Part shown: positions 24,491 through 37,046 of the stretch, piece by piece
Layout: each line of letters opens with the position of its first letter
Numbering within the stretch: the first letter of the stretch is position 1
Origin: Octopus sinensis
Lineage: Eukaryota
Length of the DNA stretch: 64,000 nucleotides
Assembly: GCF_006345805.1 (NCBI RefSeq)
Contig: NC_043000.1
Coordinates: 155,806,001-155,870,000, forward strand
Reading direction: 5' to 3'
Notes under the pieces: generated by a model
Databases searched by the model: none
Told to the model about the DNA's origin: nothing
The model's input: the letters and a program-made list of their open reading frames with translations, nothing else
Made by a program: the position numbers and the translations under genes

Positions 24491-25737
24491 CTGAGGAAAT
24501 AGAGAGAAAAGCAATTCAGAAATATAATTCCTTATATCATTCACAGACAGCAGGAAGCCATAAATATCACAATACATTTTCATTTTTTTTTCTTTCTTTT
24601 TTTTTAGTTTTTTTTTTTTTTTTTTTTTGCAAAATCTGTTATATCAGTATGTAGTAAGCAGCAGAGAACAAGAGAAAAACTCTGGATAAACTGACACCAC
24701 AACTGTTTCAATTCCCAGCTGAAGATATTTCACTTAGAGCTCTACTGACATTCAAAAAGGCATGAGCATCAATATGTCCCACTTTTCTCTCATAAATCTA
24801 TGGCGGAGTCTGGTAACTAGTCAAAACGAACTAATATTTATTATATCCCAGCAGTGACATCTAAAGAACTATCTGGCAAGCCAAACTCACAACCTGGAAT
24901 TGATTTGTGACCGAAGCCACATCACTTCACTTACACCATTAATGTTTAGAGAAAGCCAGAAGCATCCTATTTCTCCTCCCCAGTAAAATCTACTTCCTTA
25001 TGTCATGTCAAAAATAAATCAATATTTCTCATGTCAGTTTTTATGTTTGGTATATGTTGCAAGGTTCTACTTCTTTTAGATTTTTGTCAGAGCAAGAAAT
25101 TTTACTTCCTAACCATTTCATGACCAGGAAGCAGTCATACAACATACTTTTTCGATAAGGCATGCAGTTGAGTGAAATAGCAACTTAAACTGACCTTGAA
25201 TCCTACCATACCAACTTAGAAAAGCAGGACATATTGAAAATGTTGTCTTAGATGGGATGGTCATGGTTGGGACACCTCTGAACATAGGTTAGTTTGATCA
25301 GGGTTGACCAAGAGATCAACATCAACAAAATAGACAGATGTAGTGAATGTTGTGCTTAGAAACTAGTCCGTCCAAAACTAGTCCGTCATGAAAGATTGTG
25401 GTTATTCAATATGTTAGAAATAGCAGTAAAATCTCTCTCAAACGACATCCTACTATCTTAAAAAAGAAATGACACATTACATAATGTAATCCTAGATATA
25501 CTATGTGTGAAGTAAAAACATAAACAGTTGGAATGCTTTTGACTATAAAACTGACCAAGAGCTAAACAATAACAACCACACACACACACAATAATGATTT
25601 CTGGTTTTTTTAAACACCTATTCAAACCAAGTTTGAATAAAGCAGAATTTACAACACAAGAACCATATTCTGAATAACAAAATTTGCCTGAGGCGCTGTC
25701 CTCATGACCAGGCTCTTCCTGGAAGTTTCAGATCAAA

Positions 25738-25902
25738 TATCATCATCATCATCATCATCATCGTTTAGCGTCCGCTTTCCATGCTGGCATGGGTTGGACG
25801 GTGCAACTGGAGTCTGGGAAGCCAGAAGGCTGCACCAGGCCCAGTCTGATCTGGCAATATTTCTACGACTGGATGCTCTTCCTAACGCCAACCACTCCAT
25901 GA
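25738..25902 (-). mobile_element. Repeat family B (truncated)
   Basis: (cat)n followed by the reverse conserved block. Confidence 0.8.
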
Positions 25903-26107
25903 GTATATCAATTTAAGTTAAATCTATTCAGTCACTTCGAATTGCAACAATGAACTATTATCTGGGCAAGCACAACAATAACAACAACATATTCAAGCAA
26001 TAAATTGTGGCAGCAACAGCTAATTCACAAGCACCCAAATTTTGTGCAGGGTTACCAATCACTTCTAGCAGTCTCCTAGGAACTAGAACAGCTCTACAGT
26101 GAACTGG

Positions 26108-26253
26108 TTCCGTCTACCAAATCCACTCACAAGGCTTTGGTCGGCCCGGGGCTATAGCAGAAGACACTTGCCCAAGATGCCACGCAGTGGGACTGAACAC
26201 GGAACCATGTGGTTGGTAAGCAAGCTACTTACCACACAGCCACTCCTGCACCT
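26108..26253 (-). mobile_element. SINE family A, 5' part only
   Basis: Head region up to ...ggtagacggaa. Confidence 0.8.
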
Positions 26254-27169
26254 ATATTGTGGTTTATAGATCAAATTAAGCTGGATATATCTAAGAGGAG
26301 AAAGATTATTTGTTTTACTTATTTTCCTGCACAATTTCACTTCTCAAAACCACCAAATGAAAAAAAGACAAGCTTGAGCAAGAAAAAAGAAAAAGACACC
26401 ACGGGGCTAAGAAAGTCTTTTGGTCTTGTCCTTGACAAGACAGCTTCCCCACTATTGGAAACCACTATAAAATGTACCACATACAACCCTTTGAAATGGA
26501 TGGTATCAGGAAGGGAAAACCAGGCATACAAATGATACCAAAAATCAAAATATATGAGCAAGAAGTGGGTTCTCCAGCCTGTTTAGAAGGGCAGTGATTT
26601 CAAATAAGAATTGAATTGGGTCACGATAACCTTTATGATCCATACCGGCATGGGAAGTAAACACGTGATGGTAATGAAAATGACAACGATGATGATGATG
26701 ACAACAATGATGATGAGCAAACGATGAAATTTCATTTGTCTTGACTTGCTAAAAACAGGTACCAATTCTTTCTCAAAGACACTTTATCTTTAAAATATAT
26801 TTTTAAAAAAGGAGGACACACTATATAGTTTAGTCCTAAATACAATAAGAGGTGTAGTCATGGCTGGAATTGTTTTGATCACAATCTTTACTGACACAGA
26901 GCTCATACAGGGTTAAATAACAAACATAGCAACAAGACAAACACGGCAACAAGTGTAGGTGATCGCAATACATTTGCATACTACTATGAGCGATATTTTG
27001 CAGCTTTTACTTGAAATGAAAAACAGAGAAAAGAAGCAACAGAGTAACACCAGCACAACACATACGCATAATCTGTGATAGAAGAATAATCTACACGATA
27101 TCTGAAACCTAACAAATTAGCTTATGTAAGGAGATACAAACATAAACTGAAAACAGAAATGTGTGTGTA

Positions 27170-27173
27170 TAAG

Positions 27174-27231
<58 letters not shown>

Positions 27232-27293
27232 TATATATACATATATATACATATACATATATATACATATACATATATATACATATATATATA

Positions 27294-27334
<41 letters not shown>

Positions 27335-27357
27335 TATATATATAAATATTTATAGAA

Positions 27358-27390
<33 letters not shown>

Positions 27391-27410
27391 AATGTATAAG
27401 TATATATATA
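27170..27410. repeat. Long interrupted (TA)n/(TACA)n microsatellite
   Basis: Direct reading; other tracts at 5440-5510, 9700-9750, 31305-31350, 33917-33998, 36165-36245. Confidence 0.95.
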
Positions 27411-27847
27411 ACATCAGAATGAAATAGTTGAATTTTATGGAAGAACATACGAATAAACAAGCAGACTATAAAAATATAAAAAAAAAAAGGAAACCTTGTA
27501 AAATACAAATAATGAAATGCTGTCCAAAATAGGAAACACAAATAAAAGAAGAATAGAAGAAAAAAAAAACATAAACAAGCCTACGAAAAATGATTACAAA
27601 ACAGCAGAGAAAATGATAATAGTAACTAATTATGAAAGAATTAAGGCAACAGATCTTCCTGTAGACAAATAGAAAAAAATCTTTCTCAAAGATAAAACCT
27701 GATGATATTATGATAGTGAATTCTTTAATTTGACACAGGGCTACGCATTTCTAGGAAACGAATATAACCAATAGCTGTGATCTTGATGTTTTGCTTTTTG
27801 TTTTCTCAACTCCGTTGGAATTTGAAGAAAACAATGGAAAACTCACA

Positions 27848-28230
27848 TCATTATCATCATCATCATTGTTTAATGTTCACCTTCCATGCAGGCATGGGTT
27901 GGATGGTTTGATAAGAGTCGGCCAGGTAGAAGACTACCCCAGGTTGCTCTGTCTGTTTTAGCTGGGTTTTTATGGCTAGTTGCTCTCTCTAACACCAACT
28001 GCTTCATAGAATGAACTGGGTGCTTTTTACAAGGCACCAGCACAGGAGAGGTCAGTTTGGGCATGGTTTTTACAGCTGCATGCCCCTCCAAATGCCAACC
28101 ACTTTACAGTGTGGACTGGATGCTTTTTACGTGGTACCAGCACCAGCAGGGTCACCAAGTAACGTGCAAGACAAGGAATTTTGAGAGGGGAGGGGGCATT
28201 GGAGAAAGGGATCTTGTGTCAGATGATGAA
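27848..28230 (-). mobile_element. Repeat family B
   Basis: Reverse conserved block. Confidence 0.75.
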
Positions 28231-28437
28231 ATAATAACAATTATAAGGATGGTTTCGAATTCTGGCACAAGGCCAGCAATTTTGAGAGGTGGAGATAAGT
28301 TGATACTTTATCAACCCCCAAAAGATGAAAGGCAAAGTCAGCCTAAGTGGAATTTGAACCAAGAGCATAGAGGATCAGAAGAAATGCTGCTAAGCATTTT
28401 GTCTAAAGCACAAACAGGTTGGCCAGCTTACTACCTC

Positions 28438-28654
28438 AATCCTTTAGCATTTAAACCAACCATAATCAGCCCAAATATTCTACCCACACTGACTAGATCA
28501 GGTCTCTCACACCTACCCTTCAATGCCCTTCTAAAAATGAATTATCTATCATCTATCATAAATTTTGATGCTGAGATAATACATGATTAATTCAAATTGT
28601 TTTGAATAAATGAGTATGACATTAGATATAATAATCTGAAAATGAAAGGGTCAA
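28438..28654 (+). mobile_element. piggyBac-type MITE, family P2 (degenerate)
   Basis: aatcctttagcatttaaacc start and aatctgaaaatgaaagggtcaa end resemble the P2 copies. Confidence 0.55.
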
Positions 28655-28744
28655 TAAAATAGAACTACAACAATAACAACAACAATAATATGGGAGAAAG
28701 AGAAGCAGACTGGATATGATGATTGAAAGTGGGAAATAAAAAGT

Positions 28745-28916
28745 ATGGTCAGTGAAGAAGGCGAATGCTGTATCTTATGTTGTTGGGGCCTTGGGTACTG
28801 TAAGTATGAAGCTTACAAACTGGATTGGAAAGATAGGGGTAAATGTGAAGATAAGACATTAACAAAAAACGGAGTTGCTCAGGACTGCACAAATTCTCTA
28901 CAGAATCCTTGAAATC
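28745..28916 (+). mobile_element. R4/Dong-like (RLE) LINE C-terminal fragment; similar piece at 30160-30365
   Basis: WSVKKANAVSYVVGALGTVSMKLTNWIGKIG...QKTELLRTAQILYRILE (cf. VIPVVVGALG...LLGTARILR). Confidence 0.7.
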
Positions 28917-29145
28917 TTAACCCTTTCATTACCAACCCGGCTGAAACCGGCTCTGGCTCTGTAGCACAAATGTCTTATTTTCATAAGTTTTGAATTAAAA
29001 TCTTCTACCAAACCTTAGTCACAATTTATGTTCCTAACACTAGCTGAATGATAACTAAGTTATTTTACTAAATTCTTTGTTATATTTAAAATAATTGGGA
29101 GAAACACAGAGCATCCCAAAATAAATACGGTAACGAAAGGGTTAA
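28917..29145 (+). mobile_element. piggyBac-type MITE, family P1
   Basis: TTAA target duplication with CCCTTT/AAAGGG inverted ends. Confidence 0.88.
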
Positions 29146-29453
29146 TGAAGAATGCTACCTTAATCCATTAATTACAGAAAACTGATGCCTTGTAAAATTC
29201 TCCAGCAAAGTTGCTGTTAAACAACAAGTAACAACAACAATAGTGGTTTCAAATTTTGGCGCAAAGCCAGCAACTTTTGAGAGGAAGGAGTTAGTTGATA
29301 TCATCTACCTGAGTATTTGAGTGGTTCTCAATTTTATTGACCCAGGAGGGATAAAAGGCAAAAACTAACCTCAGTGGGATTTGAACTCAGAATGTGAAAG
29401 GATGAAAGAAATGCGATAAGGCATGGTATCTGCTCTAATGAAGCGTCCAGTTC

Positions 29454-29863
29454 ACTCTTTTACTTGTTTCAGTCATTTGATTGTGGTCATGCTGGGGCAC
29501 CACCTTTAGTCGAGCAGATTGACCCCAGGACTTATTCTTTGTAAGCCTAGTATTTATTTTTTCGGTCTCTTTTGCCGAACTGCTAAGTTATAGGGATGTA
29601 AACACACCAGCATCAGTTGTCAAGCTATGTTGGGGGGACAAACACAGTCACACAAACATATACACACACACACATAACATATATATATATATATATATAC
29701 AACAGGCTTCTTTCAGTTTCTGTCTACCAAATCCACTCACAACGCTTTGGTAGGCCCGAGGCTATAGTAGAAGACACTTGCCCAAGGTGCTACACAGTGG
29801 GACTGAACCCGGAACCATGTGGTTCGTAAGCAAGCTACTTACCACACAGCCACTCCTACGCCC
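29454..29863 (-). mobile_element. SINE family A, full length
   Basis: Homologous to the other A copies. Confidence 0.88.
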
Positions 29864-29868
29864 ATTCA

Positions 29869-29899
<31 letters not shown>

Positions 29900-30862
29900 T
29901 TGGTTCCTAAGTTAAGTACAAGGCTAGCAATTTAGAGGAGTGGGAATTAGTCAATATTATCACCCCAGTATTAGACTGGTACTTTATTTTATCAACTCCC
30001 AAAGGGTGAAAGGAAAAGGTTGATCATGAAGGGATTTGAATTCAGGAATGTGAGGAGCCAGAACAAATACTACAAGGCATATTTTCTGATGGACCTCAGT
30101 GAATTCACCCAATAATAATGTTAACAATTTATCTCCGAATGAAATCAAGAAATTATCCAACTATAACAACCTGCAAATAGAGATAATGAGATTATGAGGT
30201 TTTGATAACAGAAACAATCCCCATAGTAATAGGTGTCTTGGGAATGTTTAAAAAAAAACAAAATCATGCAAGCAATTATATAAGCAAAACCACAAGGTTT
30301 TTAAACGTGGTTGCAACAGATAGAGAAACACGGCTACCAGGCACCGTATACATATTATGCAATTTTTAATGCATTAGCCAAAGCACGAAAATGAAACAGA
30401 TCAATGCATGAATACACAAAGTTGCACATGATTATGCAGTGGAAATGATTACAATAAAACTAAAACAATTGAATAAATATAAAAATTATGATGAAAATAA
30501 ACTGAACGTGGCATGTCAAGGTTATCCTGGTCGAACTGATATGAACATTCATCATATTAGAGTTAAACAACTACGTTATGAAGTAAGTCTCTTGACCAGC
30601 TAGAAATAGTAGCCAAATTACCCTTGCTTCACACCAAACCATGTTATACAGAGGAAGCTCTCATGGCTGTGTGGTTAAGAAGCTTATGTTGCAACCACAT
30701 GGTTTCAGGTTCAGTCTCACCGCGTGAATATGTTGGGCAAGTTTCTTTTACTACAAGCCCAGGACTGACCAATGTCTTGCAAGTGAATTTGGTATACAGA
30801 AACTATGTGGAAGTCCATTAAAAACTTCATTAACAAATAAATTAAATGTTGATGATACTTAC

Positions 30863-30965
30863 AAGAGATATTTAACACTGGAATTCCTTCCTTGATGAAC
30901 AGGTTCTAGGGATGGCTTTAACCGGGCTTTTGGCACTTGAGTCAAGCCAACACCATGCAGTATAC
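30863..30965 (-). CDS. VPS13B: VPS13B coding exon, GILHGVGLTQVPKARLKPSLEPVHQGRNSSVKYL
   Basis: Found by hand. cttttctttttccctag acceptor, gtaagt donor; 103 nt, phase 1 to 2, exactly bridging the neighbouring exons; GILHG.GL and NS.VKY motifs. Confidence 0.93.
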
Positions 30966-31306
30966 CTAGGGAAAAAGAAAAGTCACCATACACAAAAAAA
31001 AAATTTTTGTGAGATCAAAGTATGTTTCTACATTTATATATATATATATATATATATATAGTAGAAATATGTAACAAAAAGAAAATATAAAATGCACGTG
31101 GAAATGTAAGGGTAAAATATGAAAAATCAACGAAAATGCATATTGCAAATAGAAAAAGGCTATTTATGACAGGTAGTGACAAATATATACATTTAGATTG
31201 ACTGAGGTAGTAATACGAGTCATAAAGGTCATTATTATGAGATGATTATAAGATGATAATAATAATAAAGTAAGAGAACATGAACCAGTGGTTTACACGA
31301 AGGCTA

Positions 31307-31350
<44 letters not shown>

Positions 31351-31466
31351 TATAATTAATAATAAAAGGGTAAAATTAATTAAATTAATTAACTAATCAA
31401 TCAATTAATTAATGATTTCACCAAGTAGATCACTATGTTAAAATAACCTTTATAGGTAAAATTATA

Positions 31467-31643
31467 CAAATATTTTATAGTTATAAACATAATTATAATT
31501 AGGGTTCAGCTAATTGCTTCATCACATATCGAATTTAGAAATAGGAGTTAAAATTCCTTTTCTACTACTATAAGAATCTCCATGGTGGTAACATACTTAG
31601 TTGAACCCTAATTATAATTATGCTTATAATTATAGAATATTTG
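31467..31643. repeat. Imperfect about 46-bp inverted repeat
   Basis: ...cataattataattagggttcagcta / tagttgaaccctaattataattatg... Confidence 0.75.
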
Positions 31644-31644
31644 C

Positions 31645-31670
<26 letters not shown>

Positions 31671-31675
<5 letters not shown>

Positions 31676-32046
31676 TTGCTTTGAGGTTTGAAAATGCACC
31701 TGAACTTCAAAATGTGTCATCATTTTAAAATTTTGTAATAGATTTATTCAAATACCAAACTGGTTTCAACAATTTTTGGCTTATTAATATATATATAAAG
31801 AGCTGAGGAGAGTTTAAACTCATTTAAATTTCTGTGACTATTAAAACATTTGATCATTTAAACATTATTTCTAATTTTTACCTTGTAACTTTAAACTCTC
31901 CAAAACCCTTTATTTATATATTTGGACCATTGATAAGCAAAATGTTGTCGAAACCGGTTTCACATTTGAATAAATCTATTAAAAAATTTTAACATGACTA
32001 CATGTATTGAGATTCAGGTGCATTTTCAAACCCCAAAACAAATTCT
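31671..32046. mobile_element. Foldback MITE with about 150-bp imperfect arms
   Basis: agaatttgctttgaggtttgaaaatgcacctgaa / ttcaggtgcattttcaaaccccaaaacaaattct, continuing inward. Confidence 0.75.
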
Positions 32047-32078
32047 CTTATATTTTTCATGCATGGATATACCCCACC

Positions 32079-32116
<38 letters not shown>

Positions 32117-32468
32117 CCTTTTATTCTTTTACTTGTTTCAGTCATTTGACTGGGGCCATGCATCAGCTAGACACAGCCAGTGAAATTTCCACTCATGATG
32201 TCGAGAGCTACTTATTTGTGACTTCCATGCATAGATCCAGCAAAAAGTGATGAGGAGCCAAGCATACATATATATATGAAAACTACTGATGAGAGACACT
32301 CACAGGTAAACTGATAACCCTAATGCATTAACTACTAGTATTAAGCCAAAAGCTTTGTCATCATAAGAAATTACAAAAATGTAAGACCATTGACCACAAG
32401 TTTACTTCAAACCCACAAAGTATGTCACAACATGAAAGGTCATCCCACCAAGGTATGTAAAGGCACCT

Positions 32469-32699
32469 AGGGCGGTGAGCTGGCAGAAATGTTAGCATGC
32501 CGGGCGAAATGCTTGGCGGTATTTCGTCTGCATTACGTTGCGAGTTCAAATTCCGCCGAGGTCGACTTTGCCTTTCATCCTTTCGGGGTCGATAAATTAA
32601 GTACCAGTTACGCACTGGGGTCAATGTAATCGACTTAATACCTACGTCTGTCCTTGTTTGTCCCCTCTGTGTTTAGCCCCTTGTGGATAATAAAGAAAT
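32469..32699 (+). mobile_element. tRNA-derived SINE, family C (best-preserved copy)
   Basis: Head ggcggtgagctggcag...gagttcaaattcc; 18-bp TSD aggta(t/c)gtaaaggcacct (32451-32468 / 32700-32717). Bases 1-27 of the window are the tail of another copy. Confidence 0.85.
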
Positions 32700-32819
32700 A
32701 GGTACGTAAAGGCACCTCCCCAGGATGATTAGAATCACCTGAGTGGCAAATCTAGAATATAAATCAACATCACAACCATGTGCAATGTGGTTAAATGAAA
32801 CATAAAAAGAGTGCAGAGC

Positions 32820-33850
32820 AAATGTTTCTCTAAAACATCACCAGTGAAATTTCACCAAACAGTTGTTGCAAAAACTACCAAATGGAATATCACCTAATAA
32901 AGACTGGTAGTCAACTATTGGTATAGGAAATTTAGGTTTTGGAGAGAAGCTCTGATCAACATGATCAAAAGAACAAGGGACACTGAACTTGAAGTGCTAC
33001 ACTGGTTAACAGTTGCACAAATATTTATACATAAGAACCAAGAGACACATGTGACAAAAAAACTGCAGGCCCATAAAGCAATAGCATGCTTAAAAGTTAT
33101 GTATAAACTGCTTAAATGATAATGATGATGTACACAGATTCCTGTAATCTATTTATCCAACATCATTGGAAAACAAAAACATTTGGTAACTGATAAGCAG
33201 ACAGGAAGAAAGAAGAGAGTCTGGGGTTGTGCCTGTACCAAACAGCTCCTTATCAATAAAGTTGTTCTCAAGAAAATTAAGCATTTTTGTTAAAGTCTAC
33301 TGACTGTATGCTTAGATTATAAGAAGGATCTGACATCTTGTCCATTCATAGATAGTAGAATCACTATGCCTTGCAAAGGTGCCATCTGCTACAGTTGATG
33401 TCATTAAAAAACTAACAACAATACAGTCAACACAGCTAACAAATGGACAGAATCCACTGTTACAGTCACAAACAGAATCTAGTTATCACCAGAAATATTC
33501 TAGAGTGACAACTTGTCTGTAATGCCTTTCACCCTGGCAGACTTGTTACGAATATCCAGATACTACATGACAGGACTTGCAGGGAAGAGAAAAATTTGTG
33601 TTACCCATGACAGGTGAGGAATATGGATATCAGTGTCTCTGCTACAAATATCTCAGAATTGATAAAAAATATTGCAGACAATAGTGTTGTGTATAAAGTT
33701 AGTGACAAAGGAATATGTTCGTAGAATTTGGAAGATATGGAAATCTACAATCAATAAGAGCATATCCCAAATTGCATTAGCAATGTTAGTGCTAATATCA
33801 ACATCTGGAAGGATATTAGACTGGGCATTTAAAAATACCTGCAACTAAAC
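32820..33850 (+). mobile_element. R4/Dong-like LINE reverse transcriptase remnant
   Basis: Degenerate QLLINKVVL, LDYKK..D..., GDNLSV..FTLA and YKYL motifs across frameshifts. Confidence 0.6.
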
Positions 33851-34837
33851 ATCAAGACTAGAAAGGTACCACTTGTAACATTCACTAGTAATTGATGTTA
33901 AATGAATGATGAGGACATACATACATACATACACACATACATACATACATACATACATACATACATACATACATGCATACATACATACACACACACATAA
34001 TCTTCATTTATATATAAAAAAAATTATAGGTGAGTTAACCAGGTTTTGTTTCCTTATTATAATGTACTATAGACTGTATCTGTAGGATTTTTAACCAACA
34101 CACAGTATTGCAACAATTGTAAACAATTTGTTGTTAAAATATGTGTATGGACATAAAAAGGAGAAATAAGTTGATGTATATATTGACTCGTTTTTGGAGT
34201 CTTAGTTGACAGCTTTGCACCGCCTTAAATATTCACAAACACATCCCTTATAAACCCAGTAATATTACAAGTTAAAGTAAACTGGATAGACTAATTCGCA
34301 TATTTAACACTTTCATAACAGCATAATTGAACATCAAATTACTGCTATCTCAGGATATTTGAAAGTGGCACATAGCTGCTGATAAAGACTCCGCAAAGAG
34401 ATGCAATGTACACACAGCTGCTACCCACTTTTTATATCTGTATACATATTGTATAGAAGAATTGTTTACAATCGGCATAGCAGTGTTGGACAAAAGAATT
34501 TATCAATATGTTCTATGGTACACAATATATATAAGCTATCAGGTATAAACCATTCGTTTTATTATCTAATACATGCATACATGAATGCATGCACACACAC
34601 CCTTAGATAATGACTGGCAGAAAACTACCCAGAGGGCAATTTTTCCGCATGTAGATCTAATCTTTTCTGACATTTGATTTTTAAGAAAATAGAAGCTAAA
34701 CAGCATATTATATTTCTGATTTGTTTCCTGATCAAGGAAGTAAGTCTCTGCATAGTCACTTGACTTACTAAAAATAGCAGTCAACTCTCCTTAAAACCAT
34801 GTTGTATAAGCTTTAAGAAGGAAAAACACATTGGAAT

Positions 34838-35027
34838 CATCATCATCATCGTTTAACGTCCACATTCCATGCTACTATGGGTTGGACGATTTTGACTGAG
34901 GGCTGGCGAACCAGAGGGTTGCACCAGGCTCCGATCTTGATTTGGCAGTGTTTCTACAGCTGGATGCCCTTCCTAACACCAACCACTCCGAGAGTGTAGT
35001 AGGTGCTTTTTATGTGCCACCGGCACT
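34838..35027 (-). mobile_element. Repeat family B
   Basis: Reverse conserved block. Confidence 0.8.
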
Positions 35028-35167
35028 AAAACTTATTTATACATGGGTGAAGTAGTTAATAATTTGGATATTTCCATACCGTTGGAATAAACGCTTTGTT
35101 TATAACATACAGCAAAAATTTCCTAACCCACTGTTGACCACTGAAGCTTGAAATAGAAGATGCTTAC

Positions 35168-35338
35168 CTTGACCAGTCTGTGAAAGGAACTCTGCTGCAC
35201 CTCCAATTGGTTTAGTAACAACACCAACTAGCCCTTTACCGACTCCAGTTACAAATCCGCTTGCTAATGAATTGTCGCTGAGTAGCTGCGAGGACAAAAC
35301 ACCTTGAATTGGTTGGTCAGCAATCCCTGCAATAGCAC
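35168..35338 (-). CDS. VPS13B: VPS13B coding exon, GAIAGIADQP...GVGKGLVGVVTKPIGGAAEFLSQTGQ (ATG2_C-like amphipathic region)
   Basis: gttgcag acceptor, gtaagc donor; 171 nt, phase 1 to 1; GVGKG..G..TKPIGGAAE is a VPS13 family motif. Confidence 0.96.
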
Positions 35339-35478
35339 CTGCAACAGAAACAACCACAATAGCATACATAAGCAACAAATGGGAGAAAACAAGTCAATGA
35401 TAAAGCCTCTACAGAGTCACTTGATATGCTCAAAAATAGCAGCAAAATTCCACTCAAGTCACAACTTATTGTCTTCAA

Positions 35479-35672
35479 ATCGTCATCGTCGTCGTCGTCA
35501 TTTAATGTCCGCATTCCATGCTAGCATGGGTTGGACGATTTTGACTGAGGGCTGGCGAACCAGATGGCTGCACTAGGCTCCAATCTTGATTTGGCAGAGT
35601 TTCTACAGCTGGATGCCCTTCCTAATGCCAACCACTCCGAGAGTGTAGTGGGTGCTTTTTACGTGCCACCAG
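35479..35672 (-). mobile_element. Repeat family B
   Basis: Reverse conserved block; same orientation as 34838, on the other side of a VPS13B exon. Confidence 0.8.
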
Positions 35673-36010
35673 CTTTATCTAAGAATGCTTTAGATAACGT
35701 AGTCTCAGATAGACAATGCCTGAAAAAAGGAGGTGATAGCTATGACTTGAACTCCTTTCATTATAGGTTGGTTTAATCAGGTCCTACCCAGATTTCATCA
35801 ACAACAACGACCGGTAAAGAAAAAGCTGCAACAAAGTTTCAAAGAACAAAGGCTGTAATAAAATCTGACATCCCTCCAACCTCTCCTCCCTCCCCACTCA
35901 GTCTGCTCAATAAAAGTAATCTCCCACAAACATCAACAGTTTACTTTGGCTTAGGATAAGGATGAAGTAAATCTATGAAATCTGCAATGTCCACACCGTA
36001 AAAGTAAATA

Positions 36011-36175
36011 TGCGCAGGAGTGGCTGTGTGTGAAGTAGCTTGCTAACCAACCACATGGTTACGGGTTCAGTCCCACTGCGTGGCATCTTGGGCAAGTGTC
36101 TTCTGCTATAGCCCTGGGCCGACCAATGCCTTGTGAGTGGATTTGGTAGATGGAAACTGAAAGAAGCCTGTCGTA

Positions 36176-36240
<65 letters not shown>

Positions 36241-36449
36241 ATATGTTTGTGTGTCTGTGTTTGTCCCCCTAGCATTGCCTGACAACCGATGCTGGTGTGT
36301 TTACGTCCCCGTCACTTAGCGGTTCGGCAAAAGAGACCGATAGAATAAGTACTGGGCTTACAAAGAATAAGTCCCAGGGTCGATCTGCTCGACTAAAAGC
36401 GGTGCTCCAGTATGGCCGCAGTCAAATGACTGAAACAAGTAAAAAGAGA
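36011..36449 (+). mobile_element. SINE family A, full length with expanded (TA)n(TG)n
   Basis: Homologous to the other A copies. Confidence 0.88.
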
Positions 36450-37046
36450 AAAAAAGATGTAATGAGCTCGACCTAGCAGAGATAGCAGGCAAGTCTCTCT
36501 CAGACTATTCCTCTATCTTTAAAAAAGGAAGGACAAACTGGATATTGTAATCTATAATAGTAAAATCATAGTTTAAAAAACATTATCAGAAGTATCCAGT
36601 AAGCTCACAGCCATCAGAAAGGTGCACCCCCAAATTGCTTACAGAATCTTATGAGATAAATGCCAAGCTAATTAATCATGTTATATTATTTTTTAAACTA
36701 TAAAACTGTAGTTTACAAATGCTAGAAAAAGTATCCAGCTGGCCCACAGTCATATTAACTTTACCTTCCCACTATAACCCTATTCTTGACAGCTTTGGCC
36801 CTAGCATGATAACTCCCTTGCTGTTTCTCTATCTGTTTGTTTCCCGCCTATCTGTTCATATCTCTATCAGTGACTTGTTTCTCAGTGACTTCTCCAGAAG
36901 ATTAATTCAGGAGGTGAGTAATCAATAATGGTGGTTCAATGGATATGGCATATTATTCCCTGCTTCTCAAGGAAGCCAGAACTAGTCTAAGCTAGTGGAG
37001 AATTATTATTACTGTTATTAAGGCTCTCTCTAACTCACTCCTTACA

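Noticed and set aside
27109-27541. YI/IY-rich ORFs
   Set aside because: Translations of the (TA)n microsatellite.
31203-31212. TGAGGTAGTA, matching the first 10 nt of let-7
   Set aside because: The match stops at 10 nt, there is no precursor hairpin, and as a target site it is intronic; compatible with chance.
33653-33844. ORF with a ttgcag acceptor-like site as the missing VPS13B exon
   Set aside because: The phase-1 frame stops after seven codons, the region is the antisense of an R4-like RT remnant, and the real exon is 30863-30965.
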